From Patescibacteria group bacterium (GTDB lineage Bacteria; Patescibacteriota; JABMPQ01; JAQVVF01): a DNA stretch of 64,000 nt. Below the pieces are notes generated by a model, which saw nothing but the letters and a program-made list of their open reading frames with translations, did no database searches and was not told the DNA's origin. A program made the position numbers and the translations under genes. Positions 10,479 to 20,673 of this stretch are shown in pieces; the first letter of the stretch is position 1; every line of letters starts with the position of its first letter. The stretch covers positions 4,603-68,602 of the forward strand of contig JBAZSC010000003.1 of NCBI GenBank assembly GCA_041662665.1, read 5' to 3'.

Positions 10479-11309
10479 ATGCCAATTAAGACTTACAAAC
10501 CAGTAACACCATCAAGACGATATATCACGACCGTTGATTTTTCAATGTTAACTAAAAAAGAACCAGAAAAGGGTTTGATTGTTGCTTTGCAAAAACATAG
10601 TGGTAGAAATCATCGTGGTAAAATTACTGTTCGACATCGTGGTGGAGCAAGCAAGAGACAATACAGAATGATTGATTTTAGAAGATCAAATTATGATGTT
10701 GAAGGTGAAGTTAAAAGTTTAGAATATGATCCAAATAGATCTGCTTTTGTTGCATTAGTACAATATTCTGATGGTACAAAATCATATATTTTAGCTCAAG
10801 AAAATTTGAAAGTTGGAGATAAAGTTAAGAGTTCTTTGAAAAAACTTGAAGCAAATATTGGAAATAGATATCCTTTAAAATATATTCCTACAGGCACTTT
10901 TGTTTCAGAAGTTGAATTTGCGCCAAATAAAGGCGGACAAATGGTTAGAAGCGCTGGTTCTGCTGCACAGCTTTTAGCAATTGAAGGCAAGTTTGCTCAA
11001 TTGAAATTTCCTTCAGGAGAAGTAAGAAATATTTTGATTGATTCTTGTGCGACAGTTGGTAGAGTTAGCAACATTGATCATGGTAATGTTATGATTGGAA
11101 GCGCTGGAAGATCTAGAAAAATGGGAAGAAGACCAGAAGTAAGAGGTAAGGCGATGAATCCAAAAGATCATCCACATGGTGGTGGTGAAGGTAGAAATTC
11201 AATTGGTATGATTCATCCAAAGACAAGATGGGGCAAGCCAGCATTTGGTGTTAAGACTAGAAAACCTCATAAATTATCAGATAAGCTGATTTTAAGAAGA
11301 AGAAAATAA
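10479..11309 (+). CDS. rplB: 50S ribosomal protein L2
   Basis: L2 signatures GRNHRGKITVRHRGGA, HPHGGGEGR. Confidence 0.96.
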   Translation: MPIKTYKPVTPSRRYITTVDFSMLTKKEPEKGLIVALQKHSGRNHRGKITVRHRGGASKRQYRMIDFRRSNYDVEGEVKSLEYDPNRSAFVALVQYSDGTKSYILAQENLKVGDKVKSSLKKLEANIGNRYPLKYIPTGTFVSEVEFAPNKGGQMVRSAGSAAQLLAIEGKFAQLKFPSGEVRNILIDSCATVGRVSNIDHGNVMIGSAGRSRKMGRRPEVRGKAMNPKDHPHGGGEGRNSIGMIHPKTRWGKPAFGVKTRKPHKLSDKLILRRRK

Positions 11310-11336
11310 TTTACAAGATACTAAGTTATATATATT

Positions 11337-11687
11337 ATGTCACGAAGTCTAAAGAAAGGTTTGTGGTGCGATCCAAAACTTTTGAAGAAATTGAAGAAAT
11401 TGAGACAAGGAGATAAGACTATTATTAAGACATGGTCTAGATCTTCAACTATTTTTCCGGAAATGGTTGGTTTTACTATCGGAGTTCACAATGGAAAGGA
11501 ACATATTCCAGTTTTTGTTACAGAAGAAATGGTTGGACATAGACTTGGTGAATTTTCACCAACAAGAAGATTTGAAGTTCATGGTGGTAGAATTGCTAAG
11601 GAAGAAGCAGCAGCAGCTCAAGCAGCTGAATCACAAAAATTAGCAGCTGCACAAGAAGGTGGCGAAAAAAAGGAAGTTAAAGAATAA
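11337..11687 (+). CDS. rpsS: 30S ribosomal protein S19, with an Ala/Glu/Lys-rich C-terminal extension
   Basis: S19 core [47 protein letters not shown]. Confidence 0.93.
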   Translation: MSRSLKKGLWCDPKLLKKLKKLRQGDKTIIKTWSRSSTIFPEMVGFTIGVHNGKEHIPVFVTEEMVGHRLGEFSPTRRFEVHGGRIAKEEAAAAQAAESQKLAAAQEGGEKKEVKE

Positions 11688-11698
11688 TTATTTTAAAT

Positions 11699-12202
11699 AT
11701 GCCAGTTAAAGCAACATTAAGACATTTACATATTGCACCAAGAAAAGCGAAATTAGTTATTGATCTAATTCGTGGTTTGGATGTTATTGATGCTGAGAAT
11801 CAATTGAGATTTTTGAATAAGAAATCTTCTGATTTAGTTTTAAAATTATTATTGTCAGCTACGAGCAATGCAATCAATAATTTTAATATGGAAAAAGATA
11901 ATCTATTTATCTCTAAAACTTTTGTTAATGAAGCACCGACTTTGAAGAGATTTCGTCCTCGAGCTTTCGGCAGAGCTTATACAATTCGAAGAAGAACAAG
12001 CCATATTGAAATAGAATTAGAAGAAAAGATTAAAGGAAAGAAAGCTAAAAAGGTTAAAAAACAAGAAGTGAAAGCAGAAGAAAAGCAAGAAAAGAAAGTT
12101 AAGACAGAAAAGAAGTGGGGCAAAAATAATGATCAGAAACGAGGATTGTTTGGAAGAAAATCAGGCGGAGGAAACAAGATTTTTCAAAGAAAGGCTATGT
12201 AG
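11699..12202 (+). CDS. rplV: 50S ribosomal protein L22, with a ~60-aa lysine-rich C-terminal extension
   Basis: L22 core (RHLHIAPRKAKLVIDLIRG...RPRAFGRAYTIRRRTSHIEI). Confidence 0.9.
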   Translation: MPVKATLRHLHIAPRKAKLVIDLIRGLDVIDAENQLRFLNKKSSDLVLKLLLSATSNAINNFNMEKDNLFISKTFVNEAPTLKRFRPRAFGRAYTIRRRTSHIEIELEEKIKGKKAKKVKKQEVKAEEKQEKKVKTEKKWGKNNDQKRGLFGRKSGGGNKIFQRKAM

Positions 12203-12281
12203 AAGCTGATACACGCTGATTTCTAACGCTGATGTGTATTGATTTAAAAGTTAATAATTTATATATTTTTCAAGTAAACAT

Positions 12282-12923
12282 ATGGGACATAAAATTAGTC
12301 CAATTAGTTTCAGAATAGGTGGGTTACAGACTTGGTCATCGAAGTGGTTTTCAGATAATCAGAAATACAAGAATTATTTGATTAGTGATGTAAAATTAAG
12401 AAAGATGATTTTTGAAAGATTGAAAAATGCAGCTTTATCAATAGTTGAAATTGAAAGAACAGCACAATCAATAATTTTTACATTGCATTCTTCAAGACCT
12501 GGAATTATAATTGGTCGTGGTGGAACAGAAATTGAAGATATGAAAAAAGAAATTGCAAAGAGTGTTGGTTCTGGAATCAAGATTGATATTAATATTAAGG
12601 AAATAAGAGAACCAGAAGCTGATGCTGCAACAGTTGGCGTATTGATTGCAGAACAATTGGAAAAAAGAATTTCTTTTAGAAGAGTTATAAAAAGAGCTTT
12701 AGAGAGAACAATGCAGAATAGAAATGTTAAAGGTTGCAAAATTATGGTTGCTGGAAGATTGGATGGATCAGAAATGTCTAGACGCGAATGGGTTGCAGAA
12801 GGAAAATTACCTTTGCATACATTAAGAGCTAATATCGATTTTGCTAAAAGAGTAGCACAGACAACTATGGGTGCAATCGGAGTCAAGGTTTGGATTTATA
12901 AGGGTGAAGTTTTCCAGAAATAA
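12282..12923 (+). CDS. rpsC: 30S ribosomal protein S3
   Basis: KH-domain S3 sequence (GHKISPISFRIG..., IIGRGG), 213 aa. Confidence 0.94.
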   Translation: MGHKISPISFRIGGLQTWSSKWFSDNQKYKNYLISDVKLRKMIFERLKNAALSIVEIERTAQSIIFTLHSSRPGIIIGRGGTEIEDMKKEIAKSVGSGIKIDINIKEIREPEADAATVGVLIAEQLEKRISFRRVIKRALERTMQNRNVKGCKIMVAGRLDGSEMSRREWVAEGKLPLHTLRANIDFAKRVAQTTMGAIGVKVWIYKGEVFQK

Positions 12924-12948
12924 TTTTACATAACTTAATTTCGAATAT

Positions 12949-13356
12949 ATGTTAATGCCGAAAAAAGTAAAACATAGGAAATGGCAAAAAGGAAGCAATA
13001 AGAGAATTGAAGTTCGCGGAAGTCAATTAAGTTTTGGTATGTTTGGTTTGAAAGCTATGGAAGGAAAATGGCTGACAGCTAGACAAATTGAAGCATCAAG
13101 ACGTGCAATGACAAGATTTATTCAACGTGGTGGAAAAGTTTGGATTAGAATATTTCCTGATAAACCAGTAACTACAAAAGGAGCTGAAACTCCAATGGGT
13201 AAAGGCAAAGGTGCAGTTGATCATTTTGTTGTTTCTGTTGCGCCAGGAAAAATTTTGTTTGAAATGGATGGAGTTACGGAAAAAGTTGCTCGTGAAGCTT
13301 TGAGATTAGCAGCAAATAAATTGCCAGTTAAGACTAAATTTATAGTTGAGTTATAA
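12949..13356 (+). CDS. rplP: 50S ribosomal protein L16
   Basis: L16-like ([13 protein letters not shown]..., RMGKGKG). Confidence 0.93.
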   Translation: MLMPKKVKHRKWQKGSNKRIEVRGSQLSFGMFGLKAMEGKWLTARQIEASRRAMTRFIQRGGKVWIRIFPDKPVTTKGAETPMGKGKGAVDHFVVSVAPGKILFEMDGVTEKVAREALRLAANKLPVKTKFIVEL

Positions 13357-13408
13357 GTTAGAGACGAAGCATTGCTTCGTCTGTACTAAAGTTTTAAAGT
13401 TTATAAAT

Positions 13409-13663
13409 ATGAAAGTTAAAGAAATTAGAGAAAAAAAGGATAAAGAGCTTGTAAAAATGTTGGCTGAAAAGAGAGAAAGCCTACGTGAAGTTAGATTTAA
13501 GATTGCTTCGAATCAGCATAAGAATGTAAAAGAGATTTCTTTATTTAAGAAAGATATTGCAAAAGTTTTAACAGTAATGAAAGAAAGATTATTGATAAGC
13601 GCTACAGATTTGACACAAATGAAAGACAAATCTCACACAGATACACAGATAAATGTTAAATAA
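13409..13663 (+). CDS. rpmC: 50S ribosomal protein L29; internal ATG start chosen over the longer ORF
   Basis: MKVKEIREKKDKELVKMLAEKRESLREVRFKIASNQ matches L29. The upstream part of the ORF overlaps rplP, so the start is set at 13409. Confidence 0.85.
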   Translation: MKVKEIREKKDKELVKMLAEKRESLREVRFKIASNQHKNVKEISLFKKDIAKVLTVMKERLLISATDLTQMKDKSHTDTQINVK

Positions 13664-13685
13664 ACTGATATTAAATTTAAATATT

Positions 13686-13949
13686 ATGGAAAAAAATTTA
13701 GATAAGAAAAAAATGCCACGCCAATTGAGAGGCACAGTTGTATCTGATAAGATGGATAAAACCATTGTTGTTGAAGTTGAAAGAATTAAGGCACACCCTA
13801 TTTATAAAAAAAGATACTATATTTCCTTGAAGGTAAAGGCTCATGATTTAGATAATAAAGCTAAAGTTGGCGATGTTGTATTGATTGAACAATGCAGACC
13901 AATTAGTTCAGATAAACATTATAGATTAAAGAAAATTATCAACAGTTAA
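13686..13949 (+). CDS. rpsQ: 30S ribosomal protein S17
   Basis: RQLRGTVVSDKMDKTIVVEVER...YKKRY...KVGDVVLIEQCRPIS. Confidence 0.9.
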   Translation: MEKNLDKKKMPRQLRGTVVSDKMDKTIVVEVERIKAHPIYKKRYYISLKVKAHDLDNKAKVGDVVLIEQCRPISSDKHYRLKKIINS

Positions 13950-14016
13950 CTTTTAACAATTAACAGTTAACAGACATAGTAGTTAATTGTTAAGAGTTAA
14001 GAGTTAAGAGTTAATT

Positions 14017-14382
14017 ATGATACAGACTCAAACAAAATTGAAAGTTGCTGATAACACCGGAGCAAAGATAATCCGTTGTATTAGAGTACACAGAGGATTT
14101 AAAAGAAGATACGCAAGAATTGGCGATACAATTACAGCTGTTGTATTAGATGCTATTCCTGGTGGAGTTGTGAAGAACAAAGAAGTAGTAAAAGCTGTTG
14201 TTGTTAGACAAAGTAAAGAATTGCGTCGAGAAGATGGAACATATATTAGATTTGATGAAAATGCTGCAGTTATTATTGAAGACAAAGAGCCAAGAGGTAC
14301 TAGAATTTTTGGTCCAGTAGCTCGTGAATTGAGAAAAGGTGATTTTACGAAAATTATTTCATTAGCTGTTGAGGTATTATAA
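14017..14382 (+). CDS. rplN: 50S ribosomal protein L14
   Basis: [17 protein letters not shown]...; 121 aa. Confidence 0.95.
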   Translation: MIQTQTKLKVADNTGAKIIRCIRVHRGFKRRYARIGDTITAVVLDAIPGGVVKNKEVVKAVVVRQSKELRREDGTYIRFDENAAVIIEDKEPRGTRIFGPVARELRKGDFTKIISLAVEVL

Positions 14383-14406
14383 AGTAATTATTAATTAGGA
14401 AATCAA

Positions 14407-14715
14407 ATGACGATAAAGAAAGGCGACAATGTATTAGTAATATCTGGTAAAGACAAAGGCAAGGTTGGCAAGGTGCTTTCGGTTTTGCCAAAAAAAGGTA
14501 AAATTATTGTTGAGAATGTTAATAAGATGGCAAAGCATGCTAAATCAAAAAGGCAAGATAAGAAAGGTCAGAAAGTTCAAAAAGATATGCCGATTAATAT
14601 TTCTAATGTTTTGTTTAAATGCCCAAAATGTAATAAGGCTGTTAGAACTGGAGTGAAGATTGGTGAAGAAAAGAAAAAATTTAGAATTTGCAAGAAATGC
14701 AAGGAAACTATCTAA
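14407..14715 (+). CDS. rplX: 50S ribosomal protein L24 (KOW domain), with a C-terminal Cys4 zinc-ribbon-like tail
   Basis: IKKGDNVLVISGKDKGKVGKV KOW motif, plus CPKC...CKKC. Confidence 0.88.
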   Translation: MTIKKGDNVLVISGKDKGKVGKVLSVLPKKGKIIVENVNKMAKHAKSKRQDKKGQKVQKDMPINISNVLFKCPKCNKAVRTGVKIGEEKKKFRICKKCKETI

Positions 14716-14752
14716 GTTATAAAGTTAATAAAGTTTTTAAAGTTATAAAGTA

Positions 14753-15445
14753 ATGACAGAACTACAAAAAAAATATAATGAGAAGATTGTGCCTTTTATG
14801 AAGGAGAAGTTTGGTTACAAAAATGTTAATGAGATCCCAAAGGTTTCTAAGATCGTTTTGAATATTGGTGCAGGAAAGACCTTGAAAGATCCAAAATTAA
14901 TTGATATAATGATTGATAATCTGAAAAGAATCAGCGGGCAGGCTCCTGTTAAGACTCGTGCTGCAAAATCAATAGCTGGATTTGGTATTAAAGAAATGCA
15001 AGTAGTTGGTTTGGCTGTAACGATGCGTGGTGCTAGAATGTATGAATTTATGAATAAGTTTGTTAATGTTGCTTTGCCTCGATTTAGAGATTTTCAAGGA
15101 TTATCTCCAGAAGCTTTTGATGGAAGAGGAAACTATAATATCGGTATCAAAGAACAGATTGTGTTTCCAGAAATAAAAGCTGACGAAATCGAAAAAGTTC
15201 ATGGATTGGAAGTGACTATTTGTACAACTGCTAATACTGATGAAGAAGGATTAGAATTATTAAAGGCTTTCGGATTCTTGTTCAGAAAACGTGGTGAAAG
15301 AGCAAAAGAAGAAGAATTAAAAGAAGTTAGCAAAAAAGAAGCAGTTATGAAGAGATACGACGCAATGAAAAAGAAGCAAACAGTAGCTGGTTCAGCACCT
15401 GCTGTTAAAGCAAAACCAGCGGTTTCAAAAAAAGAATCTAAATAA
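14753..15445 (+). CDS. rplE: 50S ribosomal protein L5, with a ~45-aa Lys/Glu-rich C-terminal extension
   Basis: L5 core ([11 protein letters not shown]..., [10 protein letters not shown]). Confidence 0.93.
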   Translation: MTELQKKYNEKIVPFMKEKFGYKNVNEIPKVSKIVLNIGAGKTLKDPKLIDIMIDNLKRISGQAPVKTRAAKSIAGFGIKEMQVVGLAVTMRGARMYEFMNKFVNVALPRFRDFQGLSPEAFDGRGNYNIGIKEQIVFPEIKADEIEKVHGLEVTICTTANTDEEGLELLKAFGFLFRKRGERAKEEELKEVSKKEAVMKRYDAMKKKQTVAGSAPAVKAKPAVSKKESK

Positions 15446-15465
15446 ATATATTTTTAAATAATTTT

Positions 15466-15651
15466 ATGGCACGACTGGCATTAATCGCAAAAGCAAAAAA
15501 GAAACCTAAATATTCGACTCGTATTGTAAGACGATGTGAATTGTGCGGCCGAAAACATGGATATATGAGACGCTATGGAATGTGCAGAATTTGTTTTAGA
15601 GAGCTTGCTAGTAAAGGTGAAATTCCTGGAGTAAGAAAGGCATCATGGTAG
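15466..15651 (+). CDS. rpsZ: 30S ribosomal protein S14, zinc-binding type Z
   Basis: 61 aa with CELCGR...CRIC zinc ribbon. Confidence 0.93.
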   Translation: MARLALIAKAKKKPKYSTRIVRRCELCGRKHGYMRRYGMCRICFRELASKGEIPGVRKASW

Positions 15652-15694
15652 TTTTAAAGTTATAAAGTTTTTAAAGTTATAAAGTACTAAACAT

Positions 15695-16081
15695 ATGGTA
15701 GATCCTATCGCAGACATGTTAACGCAAATTAGAAATGCACAGGCTGTAAAAAAGTCTGAAATTAGTTTACCTTTTTCAAAGGTAAAACTTGCACTTGCAA
15801 AGATTTTGAAAGAAGAAGGCTATATCGTTGATTTTGCAATTTTGGAAAAAAATAAATTCTTGAAAATTGTTTTGAAATATTTAGAAAATGGACAGCCGAT
15901 AATTCAGAAAATTGAGAGAAAAAGTACACCTGGACAAAGAATTTATGTTGGTAGTAAAGAGATTAAGAAGATTCTAGGTGGCTTGGGTACATCTATTGTT
16001 TCGACATCAATGGGTATTATGACAGGAAAAGCTGCTCGAAAAAGAAATCTAGGCGGAGAATTAATTTGTGAAATATTTTAA
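15695..16081 (+). CDS. rpsH: 30S ribosomal protein S8
   Basis: MVDPIADMLTQIRNA... S8 N-terminus. Confidence 0.94.
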   Translation: MVDPIADMLTQIRNAQAVKKSEISLPFSKVKLALAKILKEEGYIVDFAILEKNKFLKIVLKYLENGQPIIQKIERKSTPGQRIYVGSKEIKKILGGLGTSIVSTSMGIMTGKAARKRNLGGELICEIF

Positions 16082-16108
16082 TCGTAGCTAATTAACGCTA
16101 ATAACTAT

Positions 16109-16654
16109 ATGTCAAGAATTGGAAAATTGCCGATTCAAATTCCAGCTGGAGTTGAAGTAAAAATTGTTGATAATACTATTACTGTAAAAAAAGAAAAAAA
16201 TCAGTTACAGTTTTCTTTTAATCCAAAAGTTGATATTACTAGTGATGGTAAAGAAGTGAAAGTTGTAGTAAAAAAAGCAGTTAATCGAAATCTTTGGGGT
16301 GTTACGAGATCAATTATTAATAATATGATTATTGGAGTAACTACAGGATTTGAAAAGAAATTGGAAGTGGAAGGCGTTGGTTTTAATGTTCAAGTCAATG
16401 GTGATAAATTAGTCATGAAGTTAGGTTTTTCTCATCCGATTGAATATAAAGCACCAGAAGGTATTAAATTTGATGTCAAGAAAAATTTAATAACTGTTTC
16501 TGGAATTGATAAGCAATTAGTAGGTCAAGCTGCAGCTGAGATTAGAGAATTTAAGAAGCCTGAGCCATACAAAGGAAAAGGCATACATTATCTTGGTGAA
16601 CATATTATTAGAAAAGAAGGTAAAAAGGCTGTTGCTTCTGAAGGCGGTAAATAG
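16109..16654 (+). CDS. rplF: 50S ribosomal protein L6
   Basis: MSRIGKLPIQIPAGVEV...; 181 aa. Confidence 0.94.
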   Translation: MSRIGKLPIQIPAGVEVKIVDNTITVKKEKNQLQFSFNPKVDITSDGKEVKVVVKKAVNRNLWGVTRSIINNMIIGVTTGFEKKLEVEGVGFNVQVNGDKLVMKLGFSHPIEYKAPEGIKFDVKKNLITVSGIDKQLVGQAAAEIREFKKPEPYKGKGIHYLGEHIIRKEGKKAVASEGGK

Positions 16655-16710
16655 TGCCTCACTCGAATTAATTTTCGAATGAATGCGAATTAGTTTTCAA
16701 ATAGCGTGTA
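16655..16710. repeat. TCGAAT-rich repeat element (cactcgaattaattttcgaatgaatgcgaat)
   Basis: Shares the cactcgaattaattttcgaat core with copies at 44181 (inside recJ) and 45296. A looser copy lies at 8341-8447. Confidence 0.6.
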
Positions 16711-16735
16711 TAATTAATTAATTGTGGTTTAATAT

Positions 16736-17080
16736 ATGAATAAGAAATTACTTAGAACAAGAAGACATAAAAGAATAAGAGCGAGAATGAAAGGTTTTTC
16801 AACAAAGCCTAGATTAGCTGTATTTCGAAGTAATAAACATATTTATGCTCAATTAATTGATGATAATGCTGGTAAGACTTTATTGGCAGGAAAAGACTCT
16901 GAATTAAAGGATATGAAAAAGAAAAAAGGCGAAATAGCTTTTGAAGTTGGTAAATTGATTGCAAAGAAAGCGATAGAAAAAAATATTACAGAAGCTGTTT
17001 TTGATAGAGGTGGATATAAATATGCAGGACGTGTAAAATCGCTTGCGGATGGTGCAAGGAAAGGTGGACTCAAGTTCTAA
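16736..17080 (+). CDS. rplR: 50S ribosomal protein L18
   Basis: RLAVFRSNKHIYAQLIDD...; L18 family. Confidence 0.92.
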   Translation: MNKKLLRTRRHKRIRARMKGFSTKPRLAVFRSNKHIYAQLIDDNAGKTLLAGKDSELKDMKKKKGEIAFEVGKLIAKKAIEKNITEAVFDRGGYKYAGRVKSLADGARKGGLKF

Positions 17081-17149
17081 TAACAAAATTAGAAATAACA
17101 AAATAACTAAATTGCGAATTATAAATTACTTAATTACTGAATTAAATAA

Positions 17150-17746
17150 ATGGCTAGAAATAATAGAAAATTTGGAAGAGATAAAAATGAATTTGATCAA
17201 CAATTAGTTGATATTGCTAGAGTTACTAGAATTGTTGCTGGTGGACGTCGTTTTAGATTTAGAGCAACAATTGTTATGGGTAACAAAAAAGGTATGGTAG
17301 GTATGGGAATGGGTAAAGGCGGAGATGTATCAACTGCAATTGGAAAAGCAGTAGCTATTGCAAAGAAAAATATGATTAAAGTTTCTATTGTTGATAACAC
17401 TATTCCACACGAAGTTTGGGTAAAATATTGTGGTGCAAAAGTATTTTTGAAGCCTGCGAAAGCTGGTACTGGCGTTATTGCTGGCGGAGCTGTTCGTACA
17501 GTTATGGATTTAGCTGGTATCAGAAATATTACAGCAAAGCAATATGGTTCAAATAATACTCCGAATAATGCAATGGCAACTTTGATTGCTTTAAAAGGAT
17601 TGAGAAAACCGGAAGAGATTGCAGAAGCTAGAGGTAAAAAGGTTGAAGATTTAGTTGGCAAGAAACGTGAAGAAAAGAAGGTCGAGGTTAAAGAAGTAAA
17701 GAAAGTAGCTGAAGTTAAGAAACCGGTTAAAACTGTTAAAAAATAG
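17150..17746 (+). CDS. rpsE: 30S ribosomal protein S5, with a ~40-aa Lys/Glu/Val-rich C-terminal extension
   Basis: S5 core (RVTRIVAGGRRFRFRATIVMGN, GTGVIAGGAVR). Confidence 0.93.
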   Translation: MARNNRKFGRDKNEFDQQLVDIARVTRIVAGGRRFRFRATIVMGNKKGMVGMGMGKGGDVSTAIGKAVAIAKKNMIKVSIVDNTIPHEVWVKYCGAKVFLKPAKAGTGVIAGGAVRTVMDLAGIRNITAKQYGSNNTPNNAMATLIALKGLRKPEEIAEARGKKVEDLVGKKREEKKVEVKEVKKVAEVKKPVKTVKK

Positions 17747-17832
17747 ATATTAAGATATTTGAAATTAGATATTAGATATTAGGAGATTTGAAACCTAATT
17801 ACCTAATAAACTAATACAACTAATTAACTACG

Positions 17833-18339
17833 ATGAAATTATACGAATTAAAACCAGCAAAAGGATCTACAAAGAAAAGAAAGATTGTTGGACGTGGAAT
17901 TGGTTCAGGTCATGGAATTTTTTCTGGAAGAGGTTGCAAAGGTCAAAAGGCTAGATCAGGTTATAGCAGACGCCCAAGTTTTGAAGGCGGTAGAACTCCT
18001 TTGTATATGCAAATTCCTAAGAAAAGAGGATTCAAGAGTTTGTCAGATAAATGTGAAATTATTAATGTTTTAAATTTGGAAAAGAATTTCAAAGATAATG
18101 ATACTATTGATAAGAAAGCCATGTCTGAAGCTGGATTAATTAAATCTGCTAAGATGCAAGTAAAGATTTTAGGTGATGGTGATTTAAAGAAAAAATTGAA
18201 TGTTTCTGCTGATTATTTTTCAAAATCTGCAAAAGAAAAAATTGAAAAAGTCGGTGGCAGTATTAAAGTTATTGAAAAGAAAAAAATTAAGACTGTTAAA
18301 GATAAAAAGACTAGATTACAAAATAAAGTAAAAAAGTAA
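17833..18339 (+). CDS. rplO: 50S ribosomal protein L15, with a lysine-rich C-terminal extension
   Basis: MKLYELKPAKGS...GRGIGSGHG... L15 signature. It follows rpsE directly, with no L30 gene in between. Confidence 0.92.
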   Translation: MKLYELKPAKGSTKKRKIVGRGIGSGHGIFSGRGCKGQKARSGYSRRPSFEGGRTPLYMQIPKKRGFKSLSDKCEIINVLNLEKNFKDNDTIDKKAMSEAGLIKSAKMQVKILGDGDLKKKLNVSADYFSKSAKEKIEKVGGSIKVIEKKKIKTVKDKKTRLQNKVKK

Positions 18340-18453
18340 AATATTGAATATTAGATATTGAGATATTTGGAAATTCGGATATTAAAAAATCGACTAGTTA
18401 TGCAAGTTGAGTTGTAAGTTTTTAAATTTTTAGTTTTTTATATTTTTATACGC

Positions 18454-19734
18454 ATGTTTGAGAAGATAGCCCAAATTTTTAAAATAAAAGAACTACGAAA
18501 GAAAATTTTTTTCGCAGTTTCTCTTTTAATTGTGTTTAGACTTGCAGCTCATATTCCAGTTCCTGGTGTTGATGCAGCTGCATTAAAAAGTTTTTTTGAA
18601 GGCAATCAAATTTTTGGTTTATTAAACATGTTTACTGGTGGTGGCATGGAAAACTTTTCAATTGTTGCGATGGGCGTTGGTCCTTACATTACATCTTCGA
18701 TTATTATGCAGCTATTAGTGATGGTTGTTCCTGCTTTGGAAAAAATGCAAAAAGAAGAAGGTGAAGATGGCAGAAGAAAAATGAATCAAATCACTAGATG
18801 GTTAACAATTCCTTTAGCTGCTTTGCAATCTTATTCAATGATTGTGTTGTTACAAAAATCAGGTCAAAATATTTTAGGTGATTTGGATCCTTTTAAATTA
18901 GTAACAATGATTGTGACATTGACTGCTGGAACGATATTTTTGATGTGGTTAGGCGAATTGATAACTGAAAAAGGAATTGGAAATGGTGTTTCATTAATTA
19001 TCTTTGCTGGTATAGTTTCAGCAATACCTATGGCACTTCAGCAAACGTTTGTAAATTTTGAGCAATCGAAGGTAATTGAACTAGTTATTTTCGCAGTTGT
19101 AGCAGTTGTGGTTATTGCTGGTATTGTTTTTATAACAGAAGGACAAAGAAATATTCCTGTTAATTATGCGAGAAGAGTTCGAGGAATGAAAATGTATGGT
19201 GGAACATCTTCACATTTGCCATTGAAAGTTAATCAAGCTGGCGTTATTCCAATCATATTTGCGATGTCATTAATGTTGTTGCCAGGCATGATTGCTAACT
19301 TTTTGGTTAATGTAAATAATGCGATGGTTAAAGATATTGCACAGAATGTTGCTGATTTATTTAATAATAATTTGTTTTACGGCGCAATATATTTTGTAAT
19401 GGTTATTTTCTTTACTTATTTTTATACTGCAGTTACTTTTGATCCAAAACAAATTTCTGAACATTTGCAAAAACAAGGTGGATTTATTCCAGGAATTAGA
19501 CCTGGTACTCATACAAGAGAATATTTGAATAAGACGATGACTAGAATTACTTTAGCTGGTTCATTTTTCTTGGGCCTTGTTGCAGTTTTGCCTTTCATAA
19601 TGAAAGCAGCATTTGATGTGCCATCATTAGTAATTGGCGGTACTGGAATTTTGATTGTCGTAAGTGTTGTAATTGAAACTGTCAGACAAATTGAATCAGA
19701 AATGGTGATGAGAGACTATGAAAGCTTCTATTGA
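18454..19734 (+). CDS. secY: Preprotein translocase subunit SecY
   Basis: 426 aa, 10 TM helices, in the conserved position after rplO. Confidence 0.95.
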   Translation: MFEKIAQIFKIKELRKKIFFAVSLLIVFRLAAHIPVPGVDAAALKSFFEGNQIFGLLNMFTGGGMENFSIVAMGVGPYITSSIIMQLLVMVVPALEKMQKEEGEDGRRKMNQITRWLTIPLAALQSYSMIVLLQKSGQNILGDLDPFKLVTMIVTLTAGTIFLMWLGELITEKGIGNGVSLIIFAGIVSAIPMALQQTFVNFEQSKVIELVIFAVVAVVVIAGIVFITEGQRNIPVNYARRVRGMKMYGGTSSHLPLKVNQAGVIPIIFAMSLMLLPGMIANFLVNVNNAMVKDIAQNVADLFNNNLFYGAIYFVMVIFFTYFYTAVTFDPKQISEHLQKQGGFIPGIRPGTHTREYLNKTMTRITLAGSFFLGLVAVLPFIMKAAFDVPSLVIGGTGILIVVSVVIETVRQIESEMVMRDYESFY

Positions 19735-19811
19735 TTTCTCTAAATTAAAAATTTTGCAATCCAAAATTTTTAATCTCTAATACGACTAATGAATCTCTAA
19801 TATTTTTAAAT

Positions 19812-19838
19812 AATGAAGGTGGAAGCCTTCTTTTTTCT
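19812..19838 (+). terminator. Rho-independent terminator after secY
   Basis: tgaaggtggaagccttctttttt. Near-duplicate of the terminator at 20630. Confidence 0.55.
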
Positions 19839-19890
19839 TGTCTATTTTTTTTGGGAATGCTATATTAGAAGTGAAGTTAATTATAATTTT

Positions 19891-20223
19891 ATGAGTAAAC
19901 AAAAAAAGTTAAAAGAACTAGAAGTGATTACAAAAAGAATTGTTAAGAATTATGCTCCTGAAAAGATTATTCTTTTTGGATCGTATGCTTGGGGTAAGCC
20001 GACAGAAGACAGCGATTTTGATTTAATGATTATAAAAAAGAATAAAAAAAGTGGTAAGGAAGGATTTTTTGAGGAAAATATGAAAGTGAGAGATATAATT
20101 GATGGTGAATTAGCGATTGATGTTTTAATACATACGCCAGAAGAAATTAAAAAAAGGTTGGACATGGGGGATTTCTTTTATGACAATATAATAAAAAAGG
20201 GAAAATATCTTTATGAAAAGTGA
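19891..20223 (+). CDS. Nucleotidyltransferase-domain protein (minimal nucleotidyltransferase, MNT), antitoxin-type component
   Basis: LFGSYAWGKPTEDSDFDLMII matches the GS...D.D polymerase-beta-like NTase motif. Start moved to the internal ATG because the ORF's 5' part overlaps the secY terminator. Confidence 0.8.
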   Translation: MSKQKKLKELEVITKRIVKNYAPEKIILFGSYAWGKPTEDSDFDLMIIKKNKKSGKEGFFEENMKVRDIIDGELAIDVLIHTPEEIKKRLDMGDFFYDNIIKKGKYLYEK

Positions 20224-20614
20224 TAGGAAAGATAAAGAAAAATTATTTCCAGAATGGTTTAGAAAAGCTGAAGAAGATGAACTTTCGGCTAGAGATATTT
20301 TGAATGATCAGGAAGGAGCACCGAGTACGGTTTGTTTTCTGAGTCAACAAATTGCTGAAAAATGTTTGAAAGGATATTTGGTTTATAAGAAAAATGAATT
20401 TCCTAGGATTCATCTTTTGGATAAATTAATAAATTTATGTCGGGAGATTGATCGAAGTTTTGATGATATAATGAAAGAAGCTAAGTTTTTGAGTGATTTT
20501 TATGTTGCAACCCGTTATCCAGGTGATTTTCCTGATTTTGATTTTAAAGATGCAGAGAAGGCTTTTGAAGCAGCTTTAAAGATTAAGAATTTTGTTTTGA
20601 AAAGGATTAAATAA
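20213..20614 (+). CDS. HEPN-domain protein, partner of the MNT gene
   Basis: ATRYPGDFPD motif typical of HEPN domains paired with MNT genes; 11-nt overlap (ATGAAAAGTGA) with the upstream gene. Confidence 0.75.
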   Translation: MKSDRKDKEKLFPEWFRKAEEDELSARDILNDQEGAPSTVCFLSQQIAEKCLKGYLVYKKNEFPRIHLLDKLINLCREIDRSFDDIMKEAKFLSDFYVATRYPGDFPDFDFKDAEKAFEAALKIKNFVLKRIK

Positions 20615-20629
20615 TTTAGATAATAATAT

Positions 20630-20660
20630 ACTGAAGGTTTTAATACCTTCTTTTTTAAGA
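20630..20660 (+). terminator. Rho-independent terminator after the HEPN gene
   Basis: tgaaggttttaataccttctttttt. Confidence 0.55.
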
Positions 20661-20673
20661 ATAAGAATTTTTT

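Noticed and set aside
12374-12886. 170-aa ORF on the minus strand
   Set aside because: Lies entirely antisense to rpsC (S3), a confidently identified ribosomal protein gene. Low-complexity hydrophobic translation with no motif, so a spurious antisense ORF.
17197-17661. 154-aa ORF on the minus strand
   Set aside because: Antisense to rpsE (S5); an artefact of an AT-rich sequence lacking stop codons.
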